From an uncultured Sulfuricurvum sp. (GTDB taxonomy: Bacteria; Campylobacterota; Campylobacteria; Campylobacterales; Sulfurimonadaceae), in assembly GCF_937936435.1 (NCBI RefSeq), contig NZ_CALDDG010000051.1, positions 1,430-65,429 of the forward strand: a DNA stretch of 64,000 nt, in the 5' to 3' direction. The position numbers and the translations under genes are program-made. Below the pieces are notes generated by a model. It made no database searches and was not told the origin of the DNA. It saw only the letters and a program-made list of their open reading frames with translations. Position 1 is the first letter of the stretch, and each line of letters starts with the position of its first letter. Positions 9,210 through 18,790 of the stretch are shown piece after piece.

Positions 9210-10535
9210 ATGTATCCGTTTGATCCTGCCCTCAGCGCATCTGCCACTCTCAAAGAGCGGTTTGTCTGGGTACTTTTTATGGGGGCGCTCTTTTTTATCC
9301 TCTACGGTGCGGCGAACCAATACGCCTCGCTCACTCCCCACCCCTCTTTTTATATGGAGTGGGAGCGGCATATCCCGTTTGTACCGTCGTTTATCATCCC
9401 CTATATGTCTTCGGATGTGATGTTTTGTATCGCGTTTTTACTCCCGCAAAGCCGTTTGGAACTTCGTATCCTCGCGTTGCGTGTGCTCTTTATCGTCACC
9501 TTTTCGGTTCTCATTTTTACCCTTTTCCCGCTCCAGTTCGGATTTGAGAAACCGCACAGCGACGAGTATCAATGGCTTTTTGGGCTTCTCAGTGCCGATC
9601 TGCCCTACAATCAGCTCCCCTCGCTGCACATCAGTTTTGCACTCGTATTGTGGGCATCGATGCGCTCTCATTTGACAAATCTCTTTCTCAAATACGCCGT
9701 AGCCCTGTGGCTTTGGCTCATCGCCCTCTCGACTCTGCTGGTGTATCAGCACCATTTTATCGATCTGCCGACGGGGGCGTTCATGGGTGCTCTCGCCATC
9801 GCGCTGATCCGTCCGAATAACCGATTATTGGAGCGTTTTACCACCCCGCGCAGTCTCAAAGTGGGGCTCTATTATTTAGCAACGGCAGTTTTGTTTCTCG
9901 TCAGTGCGTTCGCGTATCACTCTTTCATTGCACTGTGGCTGTTTTTCTCGATGTTGACGGTCGCCATTGTCTATGCGTTTGGATTCAATCATCTCATCGC
10001 GGGGGAAAATGCCCGTGCCTCGCTATGGCAATGGATACTCTTTGCCCCCTATTTTATCGGGACGAACCTCTCATGGCGATGGTACAAACGGAAATTGCCG
10101 CTGATGAGTCAGGTCGAAGATCGGATCTATTTCGGACGCCATCCGGCAAAGGGAGAATACACTCAGCTCAGGGAAAGTGGAATAAACCATGCGATCAATC
10201 TGGCATTGGAACATCAGATCAACCGCTCTATGATAGAACAGACCCGAATACCGTTTCTGGATTTGACGATCCCATCTCCCGAGGCACTACACCGTGTCGT
10301 TTTGATGATCGAAGCGAAAAAAGAGAACGGTGTTTATGTCCATTGTGCTCTCGGGTTGTCCCGCAGTGTTATGGCGATCGGTGCATGGATGCTCTATCGC
10401 GGTTTTACGATGATGCAGATCGAGGAGCGCCTAAGGGAACTCCGTCTTGCTTATGTCAAATCGAAATACATCTATGTCGCTCTAAATCTCTATCAGACAC
10501 ATCTAAATGCACTTCGCGTGAGCGATTCAGAATGA
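9210..10535 (+). CDS. PAP2-like / dual-specificity phosphatase fusion (YnbD-like)
   Basis: NQLPSLHI, QHHFID, VYVHCALGLSRS (HCX5R) motifs. Confidence 0.9.
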   Translation: MYPFDPALSASATLKERFVWVLFMGALFFILYGAANQYASLTPHPSFYMEWERHIPFVPSFIIPYMSSDVMFCIAFLLPQSRLELRILALRVLFIVTFSVLIFTLFPLQFGFEKPHSDEYQWLFGLLSADLPYNQLPSLHISFALVLWASMRSHLTNLFLKYAVALWLWLIALSTLLVYQHHFIDLPTGAFMGALAIALIRPNNRLLERFTTPRSLKVGLYYLATAVLFLVSAFAYHSFIALWLFFSMLTVAIVYAFGFNHLIAGENARASLWQWILFAPYFIGTNLSWRWYKRKLPLMSQVEDRIYFGRHPAKGEYTQLRESGINHAINLALEHQINRSMIEQTRIPFLDLTIPSPEALHRVVLMIEAKKENGVYVHCALGLSRSVMAIGAWMLYRGFTMMQIEERLRELRLAYVKSKYIYVALNLYQTHLNALRVSDSE

Positions 10536-10584
10536 TGTTAGCTGCGATTTATTATCATCTCTATATGTTTAAGAATTTAGGATT

Positions 10585-10908
10585 ATGACTATGAAAACCA
10601 ATTATACAGATGCTCTTCCCCCGGAATGGAAACCGATGTCCGATATTTTCACCGCGCTGGGGGATGAACACCGCCAGCGGATGCTGATGCTGTTTGAACC
10701 TGACGAGAGGCTAACAGCAGGGCAGATCGCGGATGCTTCGACGCTCGCCCGCACGACCGTCTCGCACCACCTCAAGATTTTACGTCAGGCTGAGGTGCTG
10801 TTGAGTGAGAAAAAAGGGAAAGAGGTGTGGTTTTGGATCAACAAGCCGTTACTCGAAAAGACGTTTGGAAATGTACTCTGTTATTTGCAAGGGAAGAGTC
10901 ATGATTAA
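10585..10908 (+). CDS. ArsR/SmtB family transcriptional regulator
   Basis: FTALGDEHRQRML...TVSHHLKILRQA...EKKGKEVWF wHTH. Confidence 0.88.
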   Translation: MTMKTNYTDALPPEWKPMSDIFTALGDEHRQRMLMLFEPDERLTAGQIADASTLARTTVSHHLKILRQAEVLLSEKKGKEVWFWINKPLLEKTFGNVLCYLQGKSHD

Positions 10909-13033
10909 GGCGATTTTACGATTTTTGGTTCGAATGGCATTCCGGATACGGGTAGTCGGCCAATTTACAACCGAAGGGGATCGGACGCTCATAATCGCCA
11001 ATCACCAATCTTTTTTGGACGGATTGATTGTCGGGCTGATGCTTCCGATCGCGCCCGTATTTGTCGTTAATACCGAAATCGCGAAACGGCCGTTTGCGAG
11101 GTTGTTTCTCTCTTTGGCCGATTATCTGGCGGTTGACCCCGCTAATCCGATGGCGATTAAACAGATTATCCGTCTCGTCGAGAGCGGACGTCCTGTCGTT
11201 ATTTTCCCCGAGGGGCGGATTACGACGACGGGCTCTTTAATGAAGATTTATGAAGGATCGGCTTTTGTCGCGGTTAAGACGGGTGCTACCGTCGTTCCGA
11301 TCATTATCGAAGGGGCGATATTCAGTGCTTTGTCCCGTATGCCTCAGCACCATCCTCATCGCTGGTTTCCTAAAATCACCCTCACGTACTGCTCCCCTAC
11401 CCGCATTGAATTGCCCGAAGGGGGTACATCGCATCAGCGCCGTACCCGTTCCGGGGAGGCAATGCGTTCTTTGATGCAACGGTGTATCTTCGAATCGCGC
11501 CGTCCTAACGATATTTTCGGTGCTTTTTTGGATGCGGCGTCAGCGTACGGAATGTCACGGGCGATTATCGAAGATACGAAGCAAATCGAATATACGTATC
11601 GGCAATTATTGACGATGTCGTTGGGTCTGGGGCGATTGGTTTCCCGTCACAGTGTCTCCGATGAAGCGATCGGTGTTTTGATGCCGACGGCGGTGCCGAC
11701 GTTAGCTCTGATCCTGGGCCTGAGTGCGATGGACCGTATCCCCGCGATGCTCAATTTTACCGCCGGAGCGGACGGATTGCAAAGTGCCTGCGATGCGGCA
11801 AAGATACAAACGATCATTACCTCTACGGCTTTTGTCGAGCAAGCCAAACTCACTTCCAAACTCGAAGCATTGCGCAATGTAAACATCCTTTATCTCGAAG
11901 AGATGAAGCACGAGATGACTTTATGGGATAAGGTGTGGCTGATGGGATATGCCATCCGTTTCCCGCGGTCGGTTTGTATCCAAAAAGATCCGAAAGAGGC
12001 TGCGGTCATCCTTTTTACTTCCGGTTCGGAAGGGAAACCTAAAGGGGTGGTTCTTTCGCATGAGGCGTTATTGGCCAATATTTATCAAATCCGCTCCATC
12101 GTCGATTTTTCGACGGAAGATAAAATGCTAAATGCTCTACCGATTTTCCATTCGTTCGGACTCACGGCGGGGACGCTTCTGCCTGTATTGAGCGGGATGC
12201 GGCTATTTTTGTATCCTTCGCCGTTGCATTATCGGGTGATCCCGGAAATCGCGTATGACCGATCGTGTACGATTTTATTGGGAACCGGTACCTTTTTATC
12301 CAATTACGGTCGCCAAGCCCATCCGTATGATTTTTACCGCTTGCGTTATGTGATCGCTGGAGCCGAAAAACTCTCCGAGAGTGTACGGGACGCATGGTTT
12401 GAGAAATTCGGAATACGGATTTTCGAAGGATACGGTGCGACCGAAACGGCTCCGGTCATCGCCGTCAATACCCCGATGGGATATAAAAGCGGGACGGTCG
12501 GCCAGATTTTGCCGGGGATCGAGCATAAGCTTATCAGTGTTCCGGGGATCGATGAGGGCGGAATTTTGCACGTCAAAGGGCCGAATGTGATGAGCGGATA
12601 TTTACGCTCCGAGCGTCCTGGCTTTCTTGAAGCTCCTGTTTCGGATGCGGGAGAGGGGTGGTACGATACAGGTGATATCGTTACTATCGACGACTCTGGC
12701 TTCGTTCGCATCGCGGGACGGGTGAAACGATTTGCCAAGATTGCGGGGGAGATGGTTTCGCTCGAATCGGTCGAAAAATTGGCGTTCATTACCTCTCCGA
12801 GCTTTGTGCATGCTGTCTCTTCCAAAAGCGATCCTTCCCGAGGGGAGATGATCGTCCTCTTTACGACCGATAAAGAGCTGGGTCGGGATGCCTTGCAACA
12901 AAATGCCAGAACACAGGGGTATCCTGAAATCGCTGTGCCGCGTAAAATCGTCGTCGTCGATGCGATTCCGCTGTTGGGAACCGGAAAAACCGACTATGTA
13001 ACGTTAAAAACCATGGCAGGCGAGATCGCATGA
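10901..13033 (+). CDS. aas: Bifunctional 2-acylglycerophosphoethanolamine acyltransferase / acyl-ACP synthetase
   Basis: ANHQSFLD and FPEGRIT acyltransferase motifs; FTSGSEGKPKGV, GYGATE, YDTGD AMP-binding motifs. Confidence 0.93.
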   Translation: MIKAILRFLVRMAFRIRVVGQFTTEGDRTLIIANHQSFLDGLIVGLMLPIAPVFVVNTEIAKRPFARLFLSLADYLAVDPANPMAIKQIIRLVESGRPVVIFPEGRITTTGSLMKIYEGSAFVAVKTGATVVPIIIEGAIFSALSRMPQHHPHRWFPKITLTYCSPTRIELPEGGTSHQRRTRSGEAMRSLMQRCIFESRRPNDIFGAFLDAASAYGMSRAIIEDTKQIEYTYRQLLTMSLGLGRLVSRHSVSDEAIGVLMPTAVPTLALILGLSAMDRIPAMLNFTAGADGLQSACDAAKIQTIITSTAFVEQAKLTSKLEALRNVNILYLEEMKHEMTLWDKVWLMGYAIRFPRSVCIQKDPKEAAVILFTSGSEGKPKGVVLSHEALLANIYQIRSIVDFSTEDKMLNALPIFHSFGLTAGTLLPVLSGMRLFLYPSPLHYRVIPEIAYDRSCTILLGTGTFLSNYGRQAHPYDFYRLRYVIAGAEKLSESVRDAWFEKFGIRIFEGYGATETAPVIAVNTPMGYKSGTVGQILPGIEHKLISVPGIDEGGILHVKGPNVMSGYLRSERPGFLEAPVSDAGEGWYDTGDIVTIDDSGFVRIAGRVKRFAKIAGEMVSLESVEKLAFITSPSFVHAVSSKSDPSRGEMIVLFTTDKELGRDALQQNARTQGYPEIAVPRKIVVVDAIPLLGTGKTDYVTLKTMAGEIA

Positions 13034-14301
13034 GCAGTCCGGTATATCTGCTAAAGACACGGCGGTTCGCTCCTTTGTTTACGGCCCAGTTTTTGGGCGC
13101 TTTCAACGATAATTTGTTTAAAAATACCCTTGCGGTCATTTTGACTTTTCAAGCCGCGCAATGGACATCGATCTCTTCGGCACTTCTCGCCCCGCTCATC
13201 GGTGCTGTTTTCATTTTGCCGTTTTTTCTTTTTTCCGGTTTGGCGGGAGAAGTTGCCGACAGTTTCGATAAAGCGCGATTGGCACGAATCGTCAAGGTGT
13301 GGGAACTGTTTTTGATGGTGATCGCTACCGTCGGGTTTAATCTCCACTCTTTTGGCTTGCTTATGGCGGTTATCTTCGGGATGGGGATGCATTCAACCCT
13401 GTTCGGTCCGATCAAATACTCGATCATTCCGCAGCACATGGGGGAAAATGAATTGGTGAGCGCCAATGCTCTGGTCGAATCGGGAACGTTTGCGGCGATA
13501 TTACTCGGAACAATCGGCGGCGGGCTTTTGGCCGCCCATCCGAACGGCGGCGTGATCGCCGGAATAATCGGGAGTGCGGTCGCGGCAATCGGCTATATCG
13601 CCAGCCGTCAAATCCCGACTGCTCCTTCGCTCACTCCCAATCGGTCTTTGAGTTTTAATCTCTTTGCCCAAACCCTGAACTCGGTTCGTCTGGCAAACGG
13701 CAATCGGGTCGTGTTTCTTTCGATCCTCGCCATTTCATGGTTTTGGCTCTATGGAGCGTTGCTGCTCTCGCAGTTTCCCTCTTTTGTGAAAACGGTATTG
13801 ATGGGGGATGAAGCGACGGTAACGATTCTGCTCAGCCTCTTTACGGTCGGGATCGGTGCAGGGTCGATGGTATGTGAACGGCTCTCTCATCATACGATTC
13901 GCCCGTCATTGATCGTTGCGGGGGCAATAGGGATGTCGATTGCCGGCATCGATTTTGCCCTCAACGCCCAGAGCTTTCAGGCCGTCAGTACACTCAACAG
14001 CAATCCCGCGTTTTGGCGCATATTGGCCGATTTGGTGTTGATCGGGGTATTCGGCGGGTTGTACAGCGTCCCATTGTATGCGATCATGCAAAACCGAAGC
14101 GATGCACAAGTGCGTTCGCGTATTATCGCTGCCAATAATATTCTCAATGCCCTATTTATGGTCGGCGGTGCGGTGGCAACGATGATGCTTTTAGAAAACG
14201 GATGGAGTATCCCGTCCATTTTTCTCATGATAGCGATAGGGACGGCATTGGTTGCGGGGATAATCGCTTGGAAAATCAAACAGATAGGAGAACGGGAATG
14301 A
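13030..14301 (+). CDS. MFS transporter, lysophospholipid flippase LplT-like
   Basis: AQFLGAFNDN, FGPIKYSIIP motifs; multiple TMs; ATGA-coupled to aas. Confidence 0.85.
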   Translation: MSSPVYLLKTRRFAPLFTAQFLGAFNDNLFKNTLAVILTFQAAQWTSISSALLAPLIGAVFILPFFLFSGLAGEVADSFDKARLARIVKVWELFLMVIATVGFNLHSFGLLMAVIFGMGMHSTLFGPIKYSIIPQHMGENELVSANALVESGTFAAILLGTIGGGLLAAHPNGGVIAGIIGSAVAAIGYIASRQIPTAPSLTPNRSLSFNLFAQTLNSVRLANGNRVVFLSILAISWFWLYGALLLSQFPSFVKTVLMGDEATVTILLSLFTVGIGAGSMVCERLSHHTIRPSLIVAGAIGMSIAGIDFALNAQSFQAVSTLNSNPAFWRILADLVLIGVFGGLYSVPLYAIMQNRSDAQVRSRIIAANNILNALFMVGGAVATMMLLENGWSIPSIFLMIAIGTALVAGIIAWKIKQIGERE

Positions 14302-15794
14302 AACGGTACAATCATGCGATTATTGCAGCATTTATAATCGTCGGTATCGGCGTATCGAATGTGTCGGCACGAGGATCAGACCAGAGTGATTTGGCGCAGT
14401 TGGTCAACACCGCACGTCAGAACGATGCGCTGGCAGTGGAGGATCTGATCCACCGTTCTCTCGATCTGCGCGAAAAAATCCTCCCTTTTATGGGTGAAGC
14501 GGAGAGATCGATCAAATCGCATCAAGGGGCTCTTCCGTCGACGCTTTCGGTGAAAATCGCCAGATCGATCCATGAAGCCGATGCTGTTCGAACCAGCTTG
14601 TTCCCGTATGCTCTGCGCTATCGCAATGCGCTTTACCGCACCGATGCGTCGCTGGGAGATCGTGACCGGATTGAATCGATCGTGATTTCGATGGCGGCGG
14701 CACTGACGCTTTATGACAATGCCCATTTTATGGAAGAACATTTTCACGATAAAAGCGAGCTCCGTGCCAAGCTCAATGAGGCGTATCCCGAATACGGAGT
14801 GGACGAGAACTTTTACAAAGATTCGCTTATGCGGGCGAATGCTCTGACTTATCGCTCCACAATGCTCGATGCGATCCGATTTTTCGAGGACAATCGTCAA
14901 ACGATCGCACGTTATATCGCGCAGGGCGATCCCTCGATTCGATACTTGTACGAGTATATTGAGAATTCGCCGATGCGTGTGACGTTAGGGGGAGACAATG
15001 CGTTCAAAGAGATCGCCGATCAGGTCGGCGTACTGCTCACCCGAACGGCAGAACTGCCTCTTACGACCGTTGAAAAACTCAAATTCAATTTCTCGAAAGT
15101 ATTAGGCAATACGATGGGAATGGTACGGTGGCGCAGCGGAAAACTGCGTGAGGATAAAGCGTTTCTGAGCGAATTTTCGACACACCTTAAACCCGGTGAC
15201 GTATTACTGGAAAAGACTCCGTTTGCTCTGACAGACAAGACGATTCCCGGACATTTCGGTCATGCGGCACTCTATATCGGAACCTATGAGCAGCTTCGCG
15301 ACCTGGGTGCACTCAATGAACCGTTTGTTAAACGCCATCTGGATGAGATCAAAGCGGGCAAAGTAATCCTCGAAGCCTTGCGTGAAGGGGTAGTGCTGAA
15401 CAGTGTCGAACACTTTATGAATATCGATGATGTCGCGGTACTTCGACCAAGTCGTCTCTCTAACGATGAAATGAGAGGCTCTTTGGACCTCGCGCTTAGC
15501 AACTACGGGAAAAAATACGATTTCGATTTCAACGTCAATACTACCGAAACGATCGTATGCTCCGAACTTGTCTATGTCGCTTATCCGCAGATCGACTTTA
15601 TGACGAAGAAAGTATTGACGAGTTTTACGATTTCGCCGGATGATATTGCCAAAATGGCTTCGGGGGATAAGAAGGCACCGCTGGAACTTACCTTTTTTGC
15701 TCATGACGGTAAAAAAGTATATGCCAAAGGGGAAAAAGAGGAGGGGGATAAACTCTATCGTACCCTTGTAGGGATAGAAGATACCTACCGATAA
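14298..15794 (+). CDS. Exported YiiX/YebB-like permuted NlpC/P60 cysteine hydrolase
   Basis: Signal peptide; LKPGDVLL, GHAALY, GKKYDFDF, IVCSELV (His before Cys, permuted order). Confidence 0.82.
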   Translation: MKRYNHAIIAAFIIVGIGVSNVSARGSDQSDLAQLVNTARQNDALAVEDLIHRSLDLREKILPFMGEAERSIKSHQGALPSTLSVKIARSIHEADAVRTSLFPYALRYRNALYRTDASLGDRDRIESIVISMAAALTLYDNAHFMEEHFHDKSELRAKLNEAYPEYGVDENFYKDSLMRANALTYRSTMLDAIRFFEDNRQTIARYIAQGDPSIRYLYEYIENSPMRVTLGGDNAFKEIADQVGVLLTRTAELPLTTVEKLKFNFSKVLGNTMGMVRWRSGKLREDKAFLSEFSTHLKPGDVLLEKTPFALTDKTIPGHFGHAALYIGTYEQLRDLGALNEPFVKRHLDEIKAGKVILEALREGVVLNSVEHFMNIDDVAVLRPSRLSNDEMRGSLDLALSNYGKKYDFDFNVNTTETIVCSELVYVAYPQIDFMTKKVLTSFTISPDDIAKMASGDKKAPLELTFFAHDGKKVYAKGEKEEGDKLYRTLVGIEDTYR

Positions 15795-15807
15795 AGAGGC
15801 GAGATTT

Positions 15808-16812
15808 TTATCCTTTGGACGGAAAAGAATAGGTCCCCTCCAACACTTCCGCGTTGAAAGAGGCCGATTGTTTCATATATTCGTATTGACGAGGATGCAA
15901 AGGCTGAATGCGGTCCAAGACATTGAGATAGCGTTGCATCACATAACACGGTTCGCTGCAATGATCGAGTAAATGCTCATTTTGGCCTACAAACGTAACA
16001 ACAGCATCCGATGGTGCAAGAATTGATGAGGAGATATACGGAGTTACCTCAATACAATCGTAATTGACCTCCCGCTCTTTCAGGCGGTTGAGCTCTTCAA
16101 ACGTGACGCTAAAGAGCATCCCGTTCACTGAGCCGTCGGAATCTTTTCGCAAATTTAGAAAAAGCGCTTTTACGTGATGTTGCAATGCATCGGAAAAAAT
16201 ATCGATTACGATGTCCCACCCGCGGGCATACCCTTGTAATGTGGCATCAAAAAGAGGGTATTTTGCTTCTTGTCGTTGAAGCGTTTTGTGGATACTCTCT
16301 TCCAGCATCAGCGAACCGTATCCAAAAACATAGATTTTGCCTGTGTTGTTTTCCGCTTTTTTTGCCACTTTAACTTCCATGGACATCAGTTCGAACCGCT
16401 TATATATCGTAAAGTCTCCCGTCAATGCCCGCACGGTGTAAATAAAATCGGCAAACCGTTCCCAGTTCGAGACGATTAAAAAATCAAAGTTTCGGTAAAA
16501 GATATGCTTATCCACCATCCCCTTCTCAAAAGCGACAGCCAATTCCTGAAAGAGATTGAGATAGGTGCGTATTTGCACCGACATGGAGATGTCTTCGCTC
16601 TTTTTTGATTTTAACAATGCCGATAGACTCGTCGGATCAGGATTGTCAACAATCCACTGTTCTATAGCGATCCGAAGTTCCATAAAGTCTTTATTGTTAA
16701 AACGTTCGATGTAGGCAAACGCCCGATTTCGGATAAAGTGGGCATACGTTTGCCGTGCGACAAACACTGCCCCTATCAACGATACGATAATCCCTAATGT
16801 ATCGGTGTCCAT
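15808..16812 (-). CDS. Fusion: N-terminal TM + helical (DUF4760-like) domain and C-terminal gamma-glutamylcyclotransferase (ChaC/GGCT-like) domain
   Basis: LNLFQELAVAFEKGMVD pattern; YVFGYGSL and LKEREVNY GGCT motifs. Confidence 0.7.
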   Translation of the reverse strand: MDTDTLGIIVSLIGAVFVARQTYAHFIRNRAFAYIERFNNKDFMELRIAIEQWIVDNPDPTSLSALLKSKKSEDISMSVQIRTYLNLFQELAVAFEKGMVDKHIFYRNFDFLIVSNWERFADFIYTVRALTGDFTIYKRFELMSMEVKVAKKAENNTGKIYVFGYGSLMLEESIHKTLQRQEAKYPLFDATLQGYARGWDIVIDIFSDALQHHVKALFLNLRKDSDGSVNGMLFSVTFEELNRLKEREVNYDCIEVTPYISSSILAPSDAVVTFVGQNEHLLDHCSEPCYVMQRYLNVLDRIQPLHPRQYEYMKQSASFNAEVLEGTYSFPSKG

Positions 16813-16889
16813 TCTAACCCTTTGATACGGTATAAATTTGTAAGTAGTATAGTGAGAGAATGCTAAAAATGTGTAGGGCTCTCGGTCCC

Positions 16890-16930
16890 ATTACACCTCT
16901 ACGAGCGCGTTTCGAAAAAAGAGGTGTAAT
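16890..16930. repeat. Inverted repeat ATTACACCTCT / AGAGGTGTAAT downstream of leuC (terminator or REP-like)
   Basis: Perfect 11-bp arms at 16890-16900 and 16920-16930. Confidence 0.6.
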
Positions 16931-16959
16931 ACAAGATGGGGATTCCCCCGGAAGAAAGA

Positions 16960-18228
16960 TTATTGGAGAGTTGCGGGATCGGTGATGACCCCTGTTATCG
17001 CTGAAGCGGCAGCTACGGCAGAGTTGGCCAAATAGACTTTTGAGCTGCGTGAGCCCATGCGTCCGACAAAGTTACGGTTGGTCGTGGAGACGGCAACTTC
17101 GTTATCGCCCAAAATCCCCATATATCCGCCCAAACAGGCACCGCATGTCGGATTAGAAACGACTCCGCCCGCATCGACGATGATATCGATGTAACCGGCT
17201 TTGGTCGCTTCGCGTAAAATCCGTTGGGTTCCCGGAGTGACGATCAGACGAACGTCCGGATGCACTTTTTTCCCTTCCAAGATTTCAGCGGCGATTTTAA
17301 GGTCGCTTAAGCGGCCGTTGGTGCAGCTTCCGATGAATGCCTGATCGACTTTGATTCCGTCGCTAACCGCCTGGCTGAGGCTGTGGCCGTTGGACGGCAA
17401 GAACGGATAGGCGATAACCGGTTCGAGATTAGCGACATCGATTTCAAGTATCTGAACATAGACCGCATCGTCATCGGAATAGTGGATTTTCGGCTCACGG
17501 GCAAGCGGTTTATCCGCCAAAAACTCCGCGGTAATCTCGTCATAGGCGACGATACCGCTTTTCGCTCCCGCTTCGATCGCCATGTTACACATGCTGAAAC
17601 GGTCGTCCATACTGAGGTGAGGGATCGTGCTGCCGACGAATTCGAGCGTTCGGTAAAGTGCGCCGTCGACGCCGATGAGGCGGATCACTTCAAGGATGAT
17701 GTCTTTTCCGGTCGTGTATTTGCCCGGTTTGCCGCTGAGGATCACTTTGATCGACTCAGGGACTTTGAACCAGTTACCCCCCGTGATCATTGCAAACGCC
17801 AAGTCGGTCGAACCCATCCCCGTAGAGAAGGCACCGAGCGCTCCATGAGTACAGGTATGTGAATCCGCACCGATGATAACGTCACCCGGAACGACTAACC
17901 CTTTTTCAGGGAGAAGAGCGTGTTCGATCCCCATGTCTTTTTCGTCGAAGAAGTTTTTCATCGCGTATTTTTTCGCAAAATCGCGGCTAATACGGGCTTG
18001 ATTTGCCGATGCGATGTCTTTTGCCGGAATAAAGTGATCCAAAACAATAGAGAATCCGTCCGGATTGGCAAGCTTGGTCGCACCCGAATCTTCGAACGCT
18101 TTGATCGAGATCGGGGTTGTGATGTCGTTTCCGATGACCATATCGATCGGAGAACGGACGATTTCACCTGCATATACAGGTTTTCCGACATGCTCGGAGA
18201 ATATTTTTTCAGTTATAGTCTGACCCAT
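16960..18228 (-). CDS. leuC: 3-isopropylmalate dehydratase large subunit (short LeuC/homoaconitase type)
   Basis: MGQTITEKIFS, GADSHTCT, IGSCTNGR, TCGACLG, STTNRNFVGRMG. Confidence 0.93.
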   Translation of the reverse strand: MGQTITEKIFSEHVGKPVYAGEIVRSPIDMVIGNDITTPISIKAFEDSGATKLANPDGFSIVLDHFIPAKDIASANQARISRDFAKKYAMKNFFDEKDMGIEHALLPEKGLVVPGDVIIGADSHTCTHGALGAFSTGMGSTDLAFAMITGGNWFKVPESIKVILSGKPGKYTTGKDIILEVIRLIGVDGALYRTLEFVGSTIPHLSMDDRFSMCNMAIEAGAKSGIVAYDEITAEFLADKPLAREPKIHYSDDDAVYVQILEIDVANLEPVIAYPFLPSNGHSLSQAVSDGIKVDQAFIGSCTNGRLSDLKIAAEILEGKKVHPDVRLIVTPGTQRILREATKAGYIDIIVDAGGVVSNPTCGACLGGYMGILGDNEVAVSTTNRNFVGRMGSRSSKVYLANSAVAAASAITGVITDPATLQ

Positions 18229-18306
18229 AGTAATACCTTCAAAAGGGGCTAAATAATGGCGCGATTATACCACACCCGATCTTAGGTTTTTTTGCCTCCC
18301 TATCGG

Positions 18307-18708
18307 TTAGCGGTTGAATCTCGGTCCGAAAGTATCGTAAACATAGGCGGCGACCGTTTGTGCTTCTTCGGGGGTTAGATTTCCTTTTTGAGAGGGCATC
18401 AGGCCGAAACGGGCAATCGATTGCGGCATACAGAGCGCTTTGCTTTGAGCCGGAGCCTCAAGGTAATCGGCGATAAAAGCTATCGCTTCGGCGCGGTCCG
18501 GCTTAGCCTGTTTGACATGGCGCATGACCCCCATCATCGGCGGGGCGATCATGTTTTTCATCTCTTCCGCGCTCGGGCGTTGTTTTAAATGGCACATCGA
18601 ACATTTTTGCTCGAACAGACTCTCTCCGTTTTCTTGTGCGAAACTCTGTACGGGGGCAATGGAAAGTGCGATCAGCGTACTGAACGTTAAAAATTTCGGG
18701 ATCAACAT
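18307..18708 (-). CDS. Periplasmic monoheme c-type cytochrome
   Basis: Signal peptide, CSMCH, distal GLMP Met. Confidence 0.88.
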   Translation of the reverse strand: MLIPKFLTFSTLIALSIAPVQSFAQENGESLFEQKCSMCHLKQRPSAEEMKNMIAPPMMGVMRHVKQAKPDRAEAIAFIADYLEAPAQSKALCMPQSIARFGLMPSQKGNLTPEEAQTVAAYVYDTFGPRFNR

Positions 18709-18790
18709 CGGGACTCCTTTTTATAAGTGGATGCAGTGTATAAATAATACATCAATATTATAATTAAAATAATAAAAATAGATATTATTT

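Noticed and set aside
18730..18790. Fur box upstream of the cytochrome c gene
   Set aside because: The region is extremely AT-rich and the match to the Fur consensus is poor.
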